From positions 3,564,938 to 3,599,304 of the forward strand of contig NC_057755.1 in the NCBI RefSeq assembly GCF_004010195.1: a stretch of 34,367 bases of DNA, given 5' to 3'. The stretch is from Chiloscyllium plagiosum (lineage: Eukaryota). Under the pieces are notes generated by a model, which searched no databases, was not told the origin of the DNA, and saw nothing but the letters and a program-made list of their open reading frames with translations. The position numbers and the translations under genes were made by a program. How positions within the stretch are numbered: the stretch's first letter is position 1; each line of letters opens with the position of its first letter. This document shows positions 1-12,812 of the stretch, one piece after another.

Positions 1-472
1 ACCCTATCTAACTCCCTAATCATCTTGTACACCTCAATCAAGTCACCCCTAACCCTTCTTTTCTCTAGTGAAAACAGCCCCAAGTGCCTCAGTCTTTTCT
101 CATACGATCTTCCTTCCATACCAGGCAACATCCTGGTAAACCTCCTCTGCACCCGTTCCAGTGCCTCCACATCCTTCCTATAGTATGGCGACCAAGACTG
201 CACACAATACTACTGATGCGGCCGCACCAGAGTCTTATACAACTGCAACATGACCTCAGTATTCCGGAACTCAATTCCTCTACCAATAAAAGCCAGTACG
301 CCATATGCCTTCTTCACCGCACTATTTACTTGGGTGGCAACTTTCAAAGATCTGTGTACATGGACACCAAGATCCCTCTGCTCATCCACACTACCAAGTA
401 TCCGACCATTAGCCCAGTACCCCATCTTTTTATTACTCTTACCAAAGTGAATCACCTCACACTTAGCTACAT
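1..472 (-). mobile_element. CR1-clade LINE fragment, ORF2 C-terminal (post-RT) region; runs off the window start
   Basis: ORF 210..455(-) reads IHFGKSN..QRDLGVHVHRSLKVATQV..KKAYGVLAFIGRGIEFR..LYKTLVRPH, typical of CR1 ORF2; same family as 18466-21218. Confidence 0.92.
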
Positions 473-3400
473 TGATCCTGCCAGGTGTATACAGGGTTTT
501 GCAGTGTATCAGTATCTGGCCAGGTGGGTACAGGGCTTCACAGTGTATCAGAATCCTACCAGGTGTATACAGGGTTTCTTAGCGTATCAATATCCGGCCA
601 GGTGTGTACAGGATTTCACATTGTATCAGGATGCTGCCAGGTGTATACAGGGTTTCACGGTGCATTATTATCCTGCCAGGGTTTCACAGTGCATCAGGGC
701 CCTGCCATGTGTATACAGGATTTCCCAGTGTATCAGCATCCTGTTAGGTGTGTGCAGGGTTTCACAGTGTATCAGGACCCTGCCAGGTATGTATAGGGTT
801 TCACAGTGCATCAGGATCCTGCCAGTTGTGTTCAGGGTTTCACAGCGTACCAGGATCCTGCCTGTTATGTACGGGGTTTAACAGTGTATCAGGACCGTGC
901 TCAGTGTATACAGAGTTTCACAGCGTTTCAGGATCCTGCTAGGTGTGTACAGGGTTTCATTGTGCATCAGGACTCTGACAGGGTGTACAAGATTTCCGAG
1001 TGTATCAGCATCCTGCCAGGGGTGTACAAGGAATCACAGTGGAACAAAATAGTGCCACGTGTGTACAGGGTTTCACAGCGCATCAGTATCAGGAACCTGC
1101 CAGGTGTGTATAGGCCTTCACAGTGCATCAGGATCCTTCCAGTTGTGTACAGGGTTTCACAGTGCATCAGGATCCTGCCAGTTGTGTATAGGGCTTCACA
1201 GTGTATCAGGACCCTGCCAGGTGTATATCGGGTTTCACAGTGTATCAGGACGCTGCCAGGTGTATATCGGGTTTCACAGTGTATCAGGACGCTGCCAGGT
1301 GTGTATAGGCTTTTACAGTGTATCCGGGTCCTGCCAAGTATGTACAGGGTTTCACATTGTATCAGGATCCTGCCAGGTGTGTACACGGTTTCACATTGTA
1401 TCAGGATCCTGCCAGGTGTGTACACGTTTTCACAGTGGATCTGGACTCTGCCAAGGGTGTACAGGATTTCAGAGTGTATCAGCATCCTGCCAGGGGTGTA
1501 CAAGGAATCACAGTGGAACAGGATCCTGCCATGTTCGTACAGGGTTTCACAGTGCATCATGATTCTGCCAGGTGTATACGGGGTTTCGCAGTGCATCAGG
1601 ATCCTGCCAGGTGTATGCCAGGATTCACAGTGTAGCAGGAGCCTGCCAGGTGTGTTCAGGGGTTCAGTGGGTATCAGGATCCTGCCAGGTGGTGTATAGG
1701 ATTTCACACTGTATTGGGACCTTGCCAGGTGAGTACCAGTTTTCTCAATGTCTCAGGATTCTGCCAGGTGTGTACAGAGTTTCAGTGTGGAACAGGAGCC
1801 TGCCAGATGTGTACAGAGTTTCACAATGTATGGGGACCATCCCCAGGTGTGTACAAGGTGTCACAGTGTCTCAGGATCCTGCCAGGAGTGTGCAGCGTTT
1901 AACAGTGTGTCAGGATCCTGCCAGGTGTATACCGGGTTTCACGGTGTATCAGGATCTTGCCAGGTGTCAATGGGGTTTCACAGTGTATCAGGATCCTTCC
2001 AGGTGTGTACAGAGTTTCACAGTGTATCAGGATAATGCCAAGTGTGTATAGGGTTTCACAGTGTATCAGCATCCTGCCAGTTGTGTTCAAGGTTTCACAG
2101 TGCAACAGGATCCTGCCAGGTGTGTATAGGGTTTCACAGTATATCAGCATCCTGCCAGGTGTGTATAGGGTTTCACAGTGTATCAGCATCCTGCCAGGTG
2201 TGTTCAAGGTTTCACAGTGTAACAGGATCCTGCCAGGTGTGTATTGGGTTTCACAGTGTATCGGGATCCTGCCAGGTGTGTATAGGGTTTCACAATGTAT
2301 CAGGATCCTGCCAGATGTGTAAACGTTTTCACAGTGTATCAGGATCCTCTGGGGGTGTACAGGGTTTCAGAGTGTATCAATGACCTGCCATGTGTATACA
2401 GGGTTTCACAGTATGCCAGGATTCTGCCATTTGTGTACAGGATTTCAGATTGCATCACAATCGTGCCAGATGTGTACTGGTTTTCAGAGTGTATCAGCAT
2501 ACTGCTGTACGGGTAAAGAGTTTCACAGTGTATCAGGACCCTGCCTGGTTTGTGCAACATTTCACGGTGCATCTGGATCCTGCCCGGTGTGCACAGGGTT
2601 TCACGGTGCATCCGGATCCTGCCAGGTGTGTCCAGCATTTCACAGTGCATCAGAATCCTGCTGGGTGTGTACAGGGTTTCACATTACATGTGGATACTGC
2701 CAGGCATGTACAGGGTTTCACAGTGTATCAGGACACTGCCAGCTGTGTACAGGGTTTCACAGTGTGTCAGGATTCTGCCAGTGTGTACAGGGTTTCATGT
2801 TGTATCGGGACCCTGCTAGGGGTGTACAGGATTCTCAGTGTATCAGCATGCTGCCAGGTATTTACAGAGTTTCAGTGTACCAGGACCCTGACAGGCGTGT
2901 ACAGGGTTTCACAATGTATCAGGACCCTGTCAGGTGTATACAGGGTTTCACAATGTATCAGGACCCTGCCAGGTATGTACAGGGTTTCACAGTGCATCAG
3001 GACCCTGCCAGGTGTGCACAGGGCTTCACATTGTATCTGGACCCTGCCAGGTGTGTACAGGGTTTCACATTGTATCTGGACCCTGCCAGGTGGGTACAGG
3101 GTTTCACATTGTATCTGGACCCTGCCAGGTGTGTACAGGGTTTCACATTGTATCAAAATACTATCAGGTGAGTACATGGTTTCAGAGTGTCTCAGGATCC
3201 TTCCAGGTATGTACAGGGTTTCACAGTGCATCAGGGCCCTGCCAGGTGTGTACAGGCTTTCACAATATATCAGGACCCTGCCAGGGGCGTACGGAGTTTC
3301 ACAGTGTATCAGGACACTGCCAGGTGTATACAGGGTTACACAGTGTATCATGACCCTGCCAGGGGCATACGGAGTTTCACAGTGTATCAGGATCCTGCCA

Positions 3401-6400
3401 GGTGTGTACAGGGTTTCACAGTGGATCAAAATCCTACCAGGTGTGTACAGGATTTCAGAGTGTATCAGGATCCTTCAAGGTATTTACTAGGTTTTCCAGT
3501 GCATCAGGACCCTGCCAGGCATGTACAGGGATTTACAGTGTGTCAGGACTGTGTCAGGTATGTACAAGGTTTCAAACTGTATCACAATCGTGCCATGTTT
3601 CTACAGTCTTTCAGTATGTATCAGGATCCTGCCAGGTGTGTACGGAGTATCACAGTGAATCAGTATCCTGCCAAGTGTGTCCAGGGATTTCACGTGCATC
3701 TGGATCCTGCCAGCTGTGTACAACATTTCACAGTATATCACGATGCTGCCAGGTTTGTACAGGGTTTGAGTGTATCTGGATCCTGCCAGGTGTGTACAGG
3801 GTTTCACAGTGGAGCATGACGCTGCCATTTGTATACCGGGATTCAGACAGCATCACAATCGTCCCAGTTGTGTACTGGGTTACAGTGTCGTTCAGTGTAC
3901 TGCTGTATTTGTACAGCGTTTCACTGTGTATCAGGATCCTGCAGGTATGTACAGGGCTTCACTGTGTACAAGCATCCTGCCAGGTGTGTACAGGGTTTAA
4001 CAGCGTATCAGGACTCTGCCAGGTGTGTACAGGGTTTCTCAGTGTATCAACATCCTACCACGTGTGCACAGGGTTTCAGAGTCTATCAGGATCCTTCACG
4101 GTATGTACAAGGTTTCACAGTGCTTCAGGACCCTGACAGGCGTGTATAGAGTTTTACAGTATGTCAGAACCGTGTCAGGTGTGTACATGGTTTCAAACTG
4201 TATCACAATCGTGCCATGTTTGTACAGTGTTTCAGTATGTATCAGGATCCTGCCAGGTGTGCACAGGGTTTCACAGTTTATCAGGATCCTGCCAGGTGTG
4301 TGCAGGGTTTCACAGTGTATCAGGACCCTGCCAGGTGTGTATAGGGTGTCACAGTGTATCCAGATCCTGCCAGGTGCACACAGGGTTTCACAGTGTATCA
4401 GGATACTGCCAGGTGTGTACAGGGTTTCACAGTGTATAAGGAGCCTGCCAGGTGTATGCAGGATTTCACAGTGTATTAGGATACTGCCAGGTGTGTACAG
4501 GGTTTCACAATGTATCAGGAGCCTGCCAGGTGTATCCAGATTTTCACAGTGTATCAGGATCCTGCCAGGTGTGTACAGGTTTTCACAGTGCATCAGGATC
4601 CTGCCAGGTGTGTACAGGGTTTAAGTGTATCTGGATCCTGCCTGTTGAGTTCAAAATTTCACACTATAACAGGATTCTGCCAGGTGTGTTCAGGGTTTCA
4701 AAGTGTATCAGTGCCTGCCAGAGGCGTACAGGGTTTCACAGTGTATCAGGATCCTGCCCGGTGTGTGCAGGGTTTCACAGTGTATCAGGATCCTGCCCGG
4801 TGTGTGCAGGGTTTCACAGTGTATCAGGATACTGGTAGGTGTGTATATGGTTTCACAGTGTGTCAGGACCCTGTCAGGTGTGTACATGGTTTCAAACTGT
4901 ATCACAATCGTGCCATGTTTGTACAGTGTTTCAGTATGTATCAGGATCCTGTCACGTGTGTACAGGGTTTCACAGTGTATCAAGACACTGCCAGATGTGT
5001 ATAGGGTTTCACATTGTATCTGGACACTGCCAGGTGGGTACAGGGTTTCACATTGAATCAGGATCCTTCCAGGTGTGTACAGGGTTTGAGTGTATCTGGA
5101 TCCTTCCTGTTGAGTTCAAAATTTCACACTGTAACAGGATCCTGCCAGGTATGTTCAGGGTTTAACAGTATATCAGAGCCTGCCCGGTATGTGCAGGGTT
5201 TCACAGTGTATCAGGACACTGCTAGGTGTGTATATGATTTCACAGTGTGTCAGGACCGTGTCAGGTGTGTACATGGTTTCAAACTGTATCACAATCGTGC
5301 CATGTTTGTACAGAGTTTCAGTATGTATCAGGATCCTGCCAGGTGTTTATAGGGTGTCACAGCGTATCCAGATACTGCCAGGTGTATACAGGGTTTCACA
5401 GTGTATCAGGATACTGCCAGGTGTGTACAGGGTTTCACAGTGTATCATGTCCCTGCCATTTGTGTACAGGGTTTCTGACTGCATCACAATCGTCCCAGGT
5501 GTCTACTGGGCTTCAGTATCGATCAGTGTACTACTGTATTTGTACAGAGTTGCAAAGTGTAGAAGAATCTGGCCAGATGTTTACAGGGTTTCAGAGTGTA
5601 TCAGGATCCTGCCAGGTGTGTATAGGGTTTCACAGTGTATTAGGTTCCTGCCAGATATATACAGGGTTTGGCAGTGTATCAAGATCCTGCCAGTTGTGTA
5701 TAGGGTTTCAGAGTGTATCAGGATCCTGTCAGGTGTGTACAGGGTTTCACAGTGTATCAGGACACTGCCAGATGTGTATAGGGTTTCACATTGTATCTGG
5801 ACACTGCCAGATGGGTACAGGGTTTCACATTGAATCAGGAGCCTGCCAGGTGTGTACAGGGTTTCAGAGTGTCTCAAAGACACTGCCAGGGGCGGACAGG
5901 GTTTCAAGTGTATCAGGATTCTGCCCGGTGTGTACAGGGTGTCACAGTGTATCAGGATCCTGCCAGGTGTGTACATGGTTTCACAATATATCAGGGACCT
6001 GCCAGGTTGGTACAGGTTTTCACAGTGCATCAGGATCCTGCCAGGTGTATACAGGGTTTCACAGTATGTCAGGATTCTGCCATTTGTGTACAAGGTTTCA
6101 GACTGCATCACAATCGTGCCAGGTGCATACTGGTTTACAGAGTGTATCAGCAAACTGCATTATGGGTGCAGTGCTTCACAGTGTATCAAGGCCCTGCCAG
6201 AGGCGTTTTGGGTTCCACAGTGTATTAGGAAACTGCCAGGTTTGTACACTGTTTCGCAGTGCACCAGGATCCTGACAGGTGTGTTCAGGGTTTCACAGAG
6301 AATCAGGCCCCTGGCACGTATATACAGGTTTTCACAATGTAACTAACCCCTGCCAGCTGCCCCGTATTTAACACTGTATCAGGACATACCAGCTGTACAG

Positions 6401-9387
6401 AGTAGCACAATGAATCAGGTGTGCACAGCGTTTCACAGTATATCAGGATCCTGCCAGGACTGTACTGCGTTTGAGTGTATCTGGATCCTGCCAGTTGAGT
6501 TTAAAATTTCACACTGTTACAGGCACCTGCAAGGTGAGTACAGAGCTTAACAGTGTATCAGGATGCTGCCAGGTGTGTACAGGGTTTCACAGTTTATCAT
6601 GTCCCTGCCATTTATGTACAGGGTTTCTGACTGCATCACAATCGTCCCAGGTTTGTACTGGGTTTCAGTATCGATCAGTGTACTACTGTATTTGTACAGA
6701 GTTGCGCATTGTGGCAGAACCCTGCCAGATGTTTACAGGGTTTCAGAGTGTATCAGAATCCTGACAGGTGTGTACAGTGTTTCACATTGTATCAGAACCC
6801 TGCCAGGTGGGTACAGGGTTTTGCAGTGTATCAAAATCCTGCCAGATGTGTACAGGGTTTCAGAGTGTATCCGGATCCTTCCAAGTATGTACAGGGTTTC
6901 ACAGTGCATCAGGACCCTGCCATGTGTGTACAGGGTTTCAGACTGCATCACAATTGTGCCATGTGCGTACTGGTTTACAGAGTGTATCAACATACTGCAT
7001 TATGGGTACAGAATTTCACAGTGCATCAGGACCCTGCCAGGGGCGAACAAGGTTCCAAAGTGTATCAGGATCAAGCCAGGAGTGTATTGGGTTTTTCAGT
7101 TTATCAGGACCGGCCAGGAGAGTACACGGTTTCATAGTGCATCAGGATTCTGCCAGGTGTGTACAGGGTTTCACAGAGAATCAGACCCCAGCCAGGTGTG
7201 TACAGGGTTTCACAGTTTATCATGTCCCTGCCATTTATGTACAGGGTTTCTGACTGCATCACAATCGTCCCAGGTTTGTACTGGGTTTCAGTATCGATCA
7301 GTGTACTACTGTATTTGTACAGAGTTGCGCATTGTGGCAGAACCCTGCCAGATGTTTACAGGGTTTCAGAGTGTATCAGAATCCTGACAGGTGTGTACAG
7401 TGTTTCACATTGTATCAGAACCCTGCCAGGTGGGTACAGGGTTTTGCAGTGTATCAAAATCCTGCCAGATGTGTACAGGGTTTCAGAGTGTATCCGGATC
7501 CTTCCAAGTATGTACAGGGTTTCACAGTGCATCAGGACCCTGCGAGGTGTGTACCGGGTTTCATAGAGTATCAGGACTCTGCCAGGTGAGTACAGGGTTT
7601 CACGGTGTATTAGTACACTGCTTTGTGTTTACAGAGTTTCACAGTGTATCTGGATCCTGCCAGGTATGTACAGGCTTTCACAGTGTAATAGATCCTGCCA
7701 GTTGTACCCCGTATTTAACACTGTATCAGGACATACCAGGTGTGTACAGAGTATCACACTGAATCAGGTATGCACAGCGTTTCACAATATATCAGGATCC
7801 TGCCAGGAATGTATAGGGTTTGAGTGCATCTAGATTCAGCCAGTTAAGTTCAAAATTTCACACTGTAACAGGATCCTGCCAGGTGTGTACAGGGTTTCAC
7901 AGTGTATCAATAGCCTACCAGGTGTGTATAGGGTTTCAAAGTGTATCAGGATCCTTCCAGGTAAGTACAGGGTTTCACAGTGCATCAGGACCCTGCGAGG
8001 TGTGTACCGGGTTTCATAGAGTATCAGGACTCTGCCAGGTGAGTACAGGGTTTCACGGTGTATTAGTACACTGCTTTGTGTTTACAGAGTTTCACAGTGT
8101 ATCTGGATCCTGCCAGGTATGTACAGGCTTTCACAGTGTAATAGATCCTGCCAGTTGTACCCCGTATTTAACACTGTATCAGGACATACCAGGTGTGTAC
8201 AGAGTATCACACTGAATCAGGTATGCACAGCGTTTCACAATATATCAGGATCCTGCCAGGAATGTATAGGGTTTGAGTGCATCTAGATTCAGCCAGTTAA
8301 GTTCAAAATTTCACACTGTAACAGGATCCTGCCAGGTGTGTACAGGGTTTCACAGTGTATCATGTCCATGCCATTTGTGTACAGGGTTTCTGACTGCATC
8401 ACAATCGCCCCAGGTGTGTCCTGGGTTTCAGTATCGATCAGTGTAGTACTGTATTTGTTCAGAGCTGCGCAATGTAGCAAAATCCTGCCAGATGTTTACA
8501 GGGTTTCAGAGTGTATCAGTATCCTGTCAGGTGTATACAGGGTTTCACATTGTATCAGGATCCTGCCAGGTGTGTACAGGTTTTCACAGTGCATCAGGAC
8601 CCTGCCAGGTGCGTATCGGGTTTCACAGTGTATCGGGATCCTTGCAGGTATGTACAGGGTTTCACAGTGTATCAGGATCCTGCCAGGTGTGTATAGGATT
8701 TCACAGTGTATCAGGATACTGCGAGGTATGTACACGGTTTCACAGTGTATCAGAATCCTGCCAGGTGTGTATAGGGTTTCACAGTGTATCAGGTCCCTGC
8801 CAGATATATACAGGGTTTGACAGTGTATCAGGACCCTGTCAGGAAAAAATTGCTTTTCACAGTGCATCAGGATCCTGCCAGTTGAGTTTAGGGTTTCACA
8901 GTGTATCAGGATCCTGCCAGGTGTACAGGGTTTCATAATGTATCATGATCCTGCCAGGTATACAGGGTTTCACAGTTTATCAGGATGCTGCTAGGTGTGT
9001 ATAGGGTTTCACAGTGTATCAGGTCCCTGCCAGATATATACAGGGTTTGGCAGTGTATCAGGGCCCTGCCAGGTGTGTATCACTTTTCACAATGTATCTG
9101 GATCCTGCCAGATGTGTACAGGGTTTCACAGTGTATCAGGATCCTGCGAGGTGTGTACAGGGTTTCACAGTGTATCAGGACACTGCCAGATGTGTATAGC
9201 GTTTCACATTGTATCAGGACCTTGCCAGGTGTGTATAGAGTTTCACAGTGTATCAAAATCCTACCAGGTGTGTACAGGGTTTCAGAGTGTCTCAGGATCC
9301 TTCCAGGTATGTATAGGGTTTCATAGTGCATCAGGACCCTGCCAGGTGTGTACAGGGTTTCCCAGCGTATCAGGACCGTGTCAAGTG
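473..9387. repeat. 39-bp tandem satellite array, about 225-230 diverged monomers, consensus CAGGGTTTCACAGTGTATCAGGATCCTGCCAGGTGTGTA
   Basis: Direct periodicity; 13-aa repeats in the ORF track (RVSQCIRILPGVY / GFHSVSGSCQVCT / QGFTVYQDPARCV; HCETLYTPGRILI on minus). Copy number estimated as length/39. Confidence 0.97.
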
Positions 9388-9804
9388 TTGGAGGAAGAGC
9401 GCCTCATCTTCCGCCTTGGAACCTTCCAACCACAAGGGATGAACTCGGATTTCACCAGTTTCCTCATTTCCCCTACCCCCACCTTCTCTCAGTTAAATCC
9501 ATCGAACTCAGCACCGCCTTCCTAACCTGCAATCTTCTTCCTGACCTCTCCGCCCACACCCCAGTCTGACCTATCACCCTCACCTTGACCTCTTTCCACC
9601 TATCGCATTTCCGACGCCCCTCCCCCAAGTCCCTCCTCCCTACCTTTTATCTTAGCCTGCTGGACAGACTTACCTCATTCCTGAAGAAGGGCTTATGCCA
9701 GAAACGTCGATTCTCCTGTTCCCTGGGTGCTGCCTGACCTGCTGCGCTTTTCCAGCAACACATTTTCAGCTCTGATCTCCAGCATCTGCAGACCTCACTT
9801 TCTC
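9388..9804 (+). mobile_element. Penelope-like element terminal fragment (pLTR-like): GIY-YIG C-terminus, pyrimidine-rich UTR, hammerhead core and tail
   Basis: Translates LEEERLIFRLGTFQPQGMNSDFTSF, matching the end of the PLE ORF at 10153-10731 (LEEQHLIFRLGTLQPAGLNIEF); ends CCAGCATCTGCAGACCTCACTTTCTC. Confidence 0.88.
9681..9708 (+). ncRNA. Minimal type-I hammerhead ribozyme-like core in the PLE terminus
   Basis: CTGAAGA-A-GGGC-TTAT-GCCA-GAAACGTC; conserved boxes CUGANGA and GAAA, palindromic ACGT in place of stem III; one stem II mismatch relative to other copies. Confidence 0.7.
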
Positions 9805-9809
9805 CTGAG

Positions 9810-10889
9810 AGAAGGTGAGTCAGACGCAAAGTTAGCAATAAAGAGGTGATAATGACAGTGCCTAGAGAGATTATAGGGAGATTAGCAGCTGTGAATGACC
9901 AAGGCTAAAGCCAGTGCTATGTGACAAAATACGTGGAGGATGGGTGAAGCAGAGACAAAATGGAAAACAGGGGAGAAGGGTAGCGAAGCGGGAAGAGGAG
10001 AGGAAAAAGGTGATGAGAGAGTGGGGAGCAAGAGAAAGAGAGACAATCAAGACATAAAAGATACAGAACAGTTAAAAAATATTTTAAAAAGATAAATACA
10101 ATAAAATAAAATTATGGAGAAGAATGAAAACAGAGGGGTCGAGATGGGATAATCATCTGAAGTTGTTGAATTCAATGTTGAGACCGGCAGGCTGTAACGT
10201 GCCTAGTCGGAAGATGAGATGCTGTTCCTCCAGTTTGAATAGAGCTTCATTGGAACATTGCAGCAGGCCCAGGACAGACATGTGGGCATGGGAGCTGGAT
10301 TGTGTGTTGAAGTGGCAAGCCACGGGAAAATCCTGGACCTGACTGTGTGCAGACCGAAGGTGCTCAGCAAAGTGATCTCCCAGTCGGAGTTTTACCTCTC
10401 CAATATAGAGAAGACCACACTGGGAGCAATAAATGCAACAGACCAGATTGAAAGAGGTACAAGTGAAACGCTGCTTAATCTGAAATGAGTGTTTGGGTCC
10501 TTGGATGGTGAGCATGGAAGAGGTAAAGGGGCAGGTGTTGCACCTTGTGCAATTGCATGGAGAGGTGCCGTGTGTGATGGGAGAGATGTTAGGTATGATG
10601 GAGGAGTGGACGAGGTTGACCCGGAGGGAACGATCTCTGCAGAATGCAGATACGGGGAGGGAAGGGAAGATGTGTTTAGTGGTGGCATCGTGTTGGATTT
10701 GGCGAAAATGGCGGAGGATTATTCTTCGCATGTGAAGGCTGGTGGGGTAAAAGGTGAGAACAAGAGGAACCCTATCCTTGTTCTGGGAGGGGAGGGAGGG
10801 GTGAGGGTCGTGGCACGGGAGATGAACTGCATGCTGTCGAGAGCCCTGCTAACCACTGTAGGTGGGAAGCCACGGTTGTCGAAGAAGGA
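9810..10889 (-). mobile_element. Penelope-like element 3' portion (linker, Cys-rich motif, GIY-YIG endonuclease, 3' UTR)
   Basis: Minus strand SFFDNRGFPPTVV..NKDRVPLVLTFYP leads into ORF 10153..10731. Confidence 0.9.
10153..10731 (-). pseudogene. PLE GIY-YIG endonuclease domain, truncated ORF (Neptune-like Cys-rich linker)
   Basis: PCNCTRCNTC, FTCTSFNLVCCIYCSQCGLLYIGE..RLGDHFAEH..PVACHFN..H..LEEQHLIFRLGTLQPAGLN. Confidence 0.88.
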
Positions 10890-10909
10890 TCACATATTGT
10901 TCCACATAA

Positions 10910-12754
10910 CCCAAGACATGAGATAGCTTTGGCAAATAGAATTAAGGAGAATCCAAAGTTGTTTTACAAAAGTATTAAGGACAAAAGGGTAACTCGGGAG
11001 AGAATAGGGACCCTGAAAGATCAGCAAGGCGGACTTTGTGCGGAGCCACAGAAATGGGGGAAATACTGAATGAATATTTTGCATCAGTTTTTACTGTGGA
11101 AAAGTATATGAAAGGCATAGACTGTAGGGAAATAGATAGTGACATCTTGCAAAATGTCCAGATAACAGAGGAGGAGCTGCTGGATGTCTTGAAACGGTTA
11201 AAAGTGGATAAATCCCCAGGACATGATCAGGTGTACCCGAGAACTCTGTGGGAAGCTAGAGAAGTGATTGCTGGCCCTCTCGCTTAGATATTGTATCATC
11301 GATAGTCACAGGTGAGGTGCCTGAAGAAAGAAGGTTGGCAAACGTGGTGCCACTGTTTAAGAAGGGCGGTAAAGACAAGCCAGGGAACTATAGACCAGTG
11401 AGCCTAACCTCAGTGGTGGGCAAGTTGTTGGAGGGCATCTTGAGGGATAGTATGTACATGTATTTGGAAATACAAGGACTGATTAGGGATGGTGAACATG
11501 GTTTTGTGCATGGGAAATCACGTCTCACAAACTTGATTGAGATTTTTGAAGAAGTAACAAAGAAGATTGATGAGGGCAGAGTGGTAGAGGTGATCTATAT
11601 GGACTTCAGTAAGGCGTTTGACAAGGTTCCCCATGGGAGACTGATTAGCAAAGTTACATCTCATGGAATACAGGGAGAACTAGCCATTTGGATACAGAAC
11701 TGGCTCAATGGCAGAAGACAAAGGGTGGTGGTGGAGGGTTGCTTTTCAGACTGGAGGCCTGTGACCAGTGGAGTGCCACAAGGATTGGTGCTGGGCCCTC
11801 TACTTTTGGTCATTTACATAAATGATTTGGATGTGAGCAAACGAGGCACAGTTAGTAAGTTTGCAGATGACACCAAAATTGGAGGGGTCGTGGACAGTGA
11901 AGAGGGTTACCTCAGATTTCAACAGGATCTTGACCAGATGGGCCAATGGGATGAGAAGTGGCAGATGGAATTTAATTCAAATAAATGCGAAGTGCTGCAT
12001 TTTGGGAAAGCAAATCCTTGCAGGACTTATACACATAATGGGAAGGTCCGAGGGATTGATGCTGAACAAAGAGACCTTGGAGTGCAGGTTCATAGCTCCT
12101 TGCGAGTGGAGTCGCAGGCAGATAGGACAGTGAAGAAGTCGTTTGGTATGCTTTCCATTATTGGTAAGAGTATTGAGTACAGGAGTTGGGAGGTCATGTT
12201 GCGGCTGTACAGGACATTGGCTAGGCCACTGTTGGAATATTGCGTGCATTTCTGGTCTCCCTCCTATCGGAAAGATGTTGTGAAACTTGAAAGGATTCAG
12301 AAAAGATTTACAAGGATGTTGTCAGGGTTGGAGGATCTGAGCTATAGGGAGAGGCTGAACAGGCTGGGGCTGTTTTCCCTGGAGCGTCGGCGGCTGAGGG
12401 GTGACCTTATAGAGGTTTACAAAATTATGAGGGGCGTGGATAGGGTAAATAGACAAAGTCTTTTCTATGGGGTCGGGGAGTTCAGAACTAGAGGGTGAGA
12501 GGGAAAAGATATAAAAAAGACCTAAGGGGCAACGTTTTCACGCAGAGGGTGGTACGTGTATGGAATGAGCTGTCAGAGGAAGTCGTGGAGGCTGGTACAT
12601 TTGCATCATTTAAGAGGCATTTGAATGGGTATATGGATAGGAGGGATATGGGCCGGGCGTTGGCAGTGGGACTAGATTAGGTTTGGATATCTGGTCAGCA
12701 TGGACGGTTTGGACCAAAGGGTCTGTTTCCATGCTGTACATCTCTATGACTCTA
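10910..12754 (+). mobile_element. 5'-truncated CR1 LINE with RT domain and 3' UTR
   Basis: ORFs 11036..11287, 11317..12498 and 12495..12680 are consecutive CR1 ORF2 pieces; terminus CTGTACATCTCTATGACTCTA. Confidence 0.95.
11317..12498 (+). pseudogene. CR1 ORF2 reverse transcriptase domain, 393 uninterrupted codons, frameshifted on both sides
   Basis: PGNYRPVSLTS, YMDFSKAFDKVPH, SGVPQGLVLGP, SKFADDTK motifs. Confidence 0.93.
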
Positions 12755-12812
12755 AAATGCAGGCATAGCTGGGACCCATGCGGGCACCTATTGCTATACC
12801 TTTGATTTGGAG
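12755..12812 (-). mobile_element. PLE reverse transcriptase motif remnant
   Basis: Reverse complement translates LQIKGIAIGARMGPSYACI, resembling the PLE RT Q..G.AMG...P motif. Confidence 0.7.

Noticed and set aside
473..9387. Dozens of long Cys-rich ORFs as real genes (zinc-finger or keratin-associated-like)
   Set aside because: They overlap in four frames, arise from a stop-free 39-bp monomer, and are broken by random stops and indels; no C2H2 spacing.
473..9387. CRISPR array
   Set aside because: Head-to-tail monomers without unique spacers, no cas genes, eukaryotic context.
11317..12498. Active or domesticated reverse transcriptase gene
   Set aside because: 5'-truncated CR1 with a frameshift/stop at ~11287 and a deletion near 12495; no endonuclease domain or promoter.
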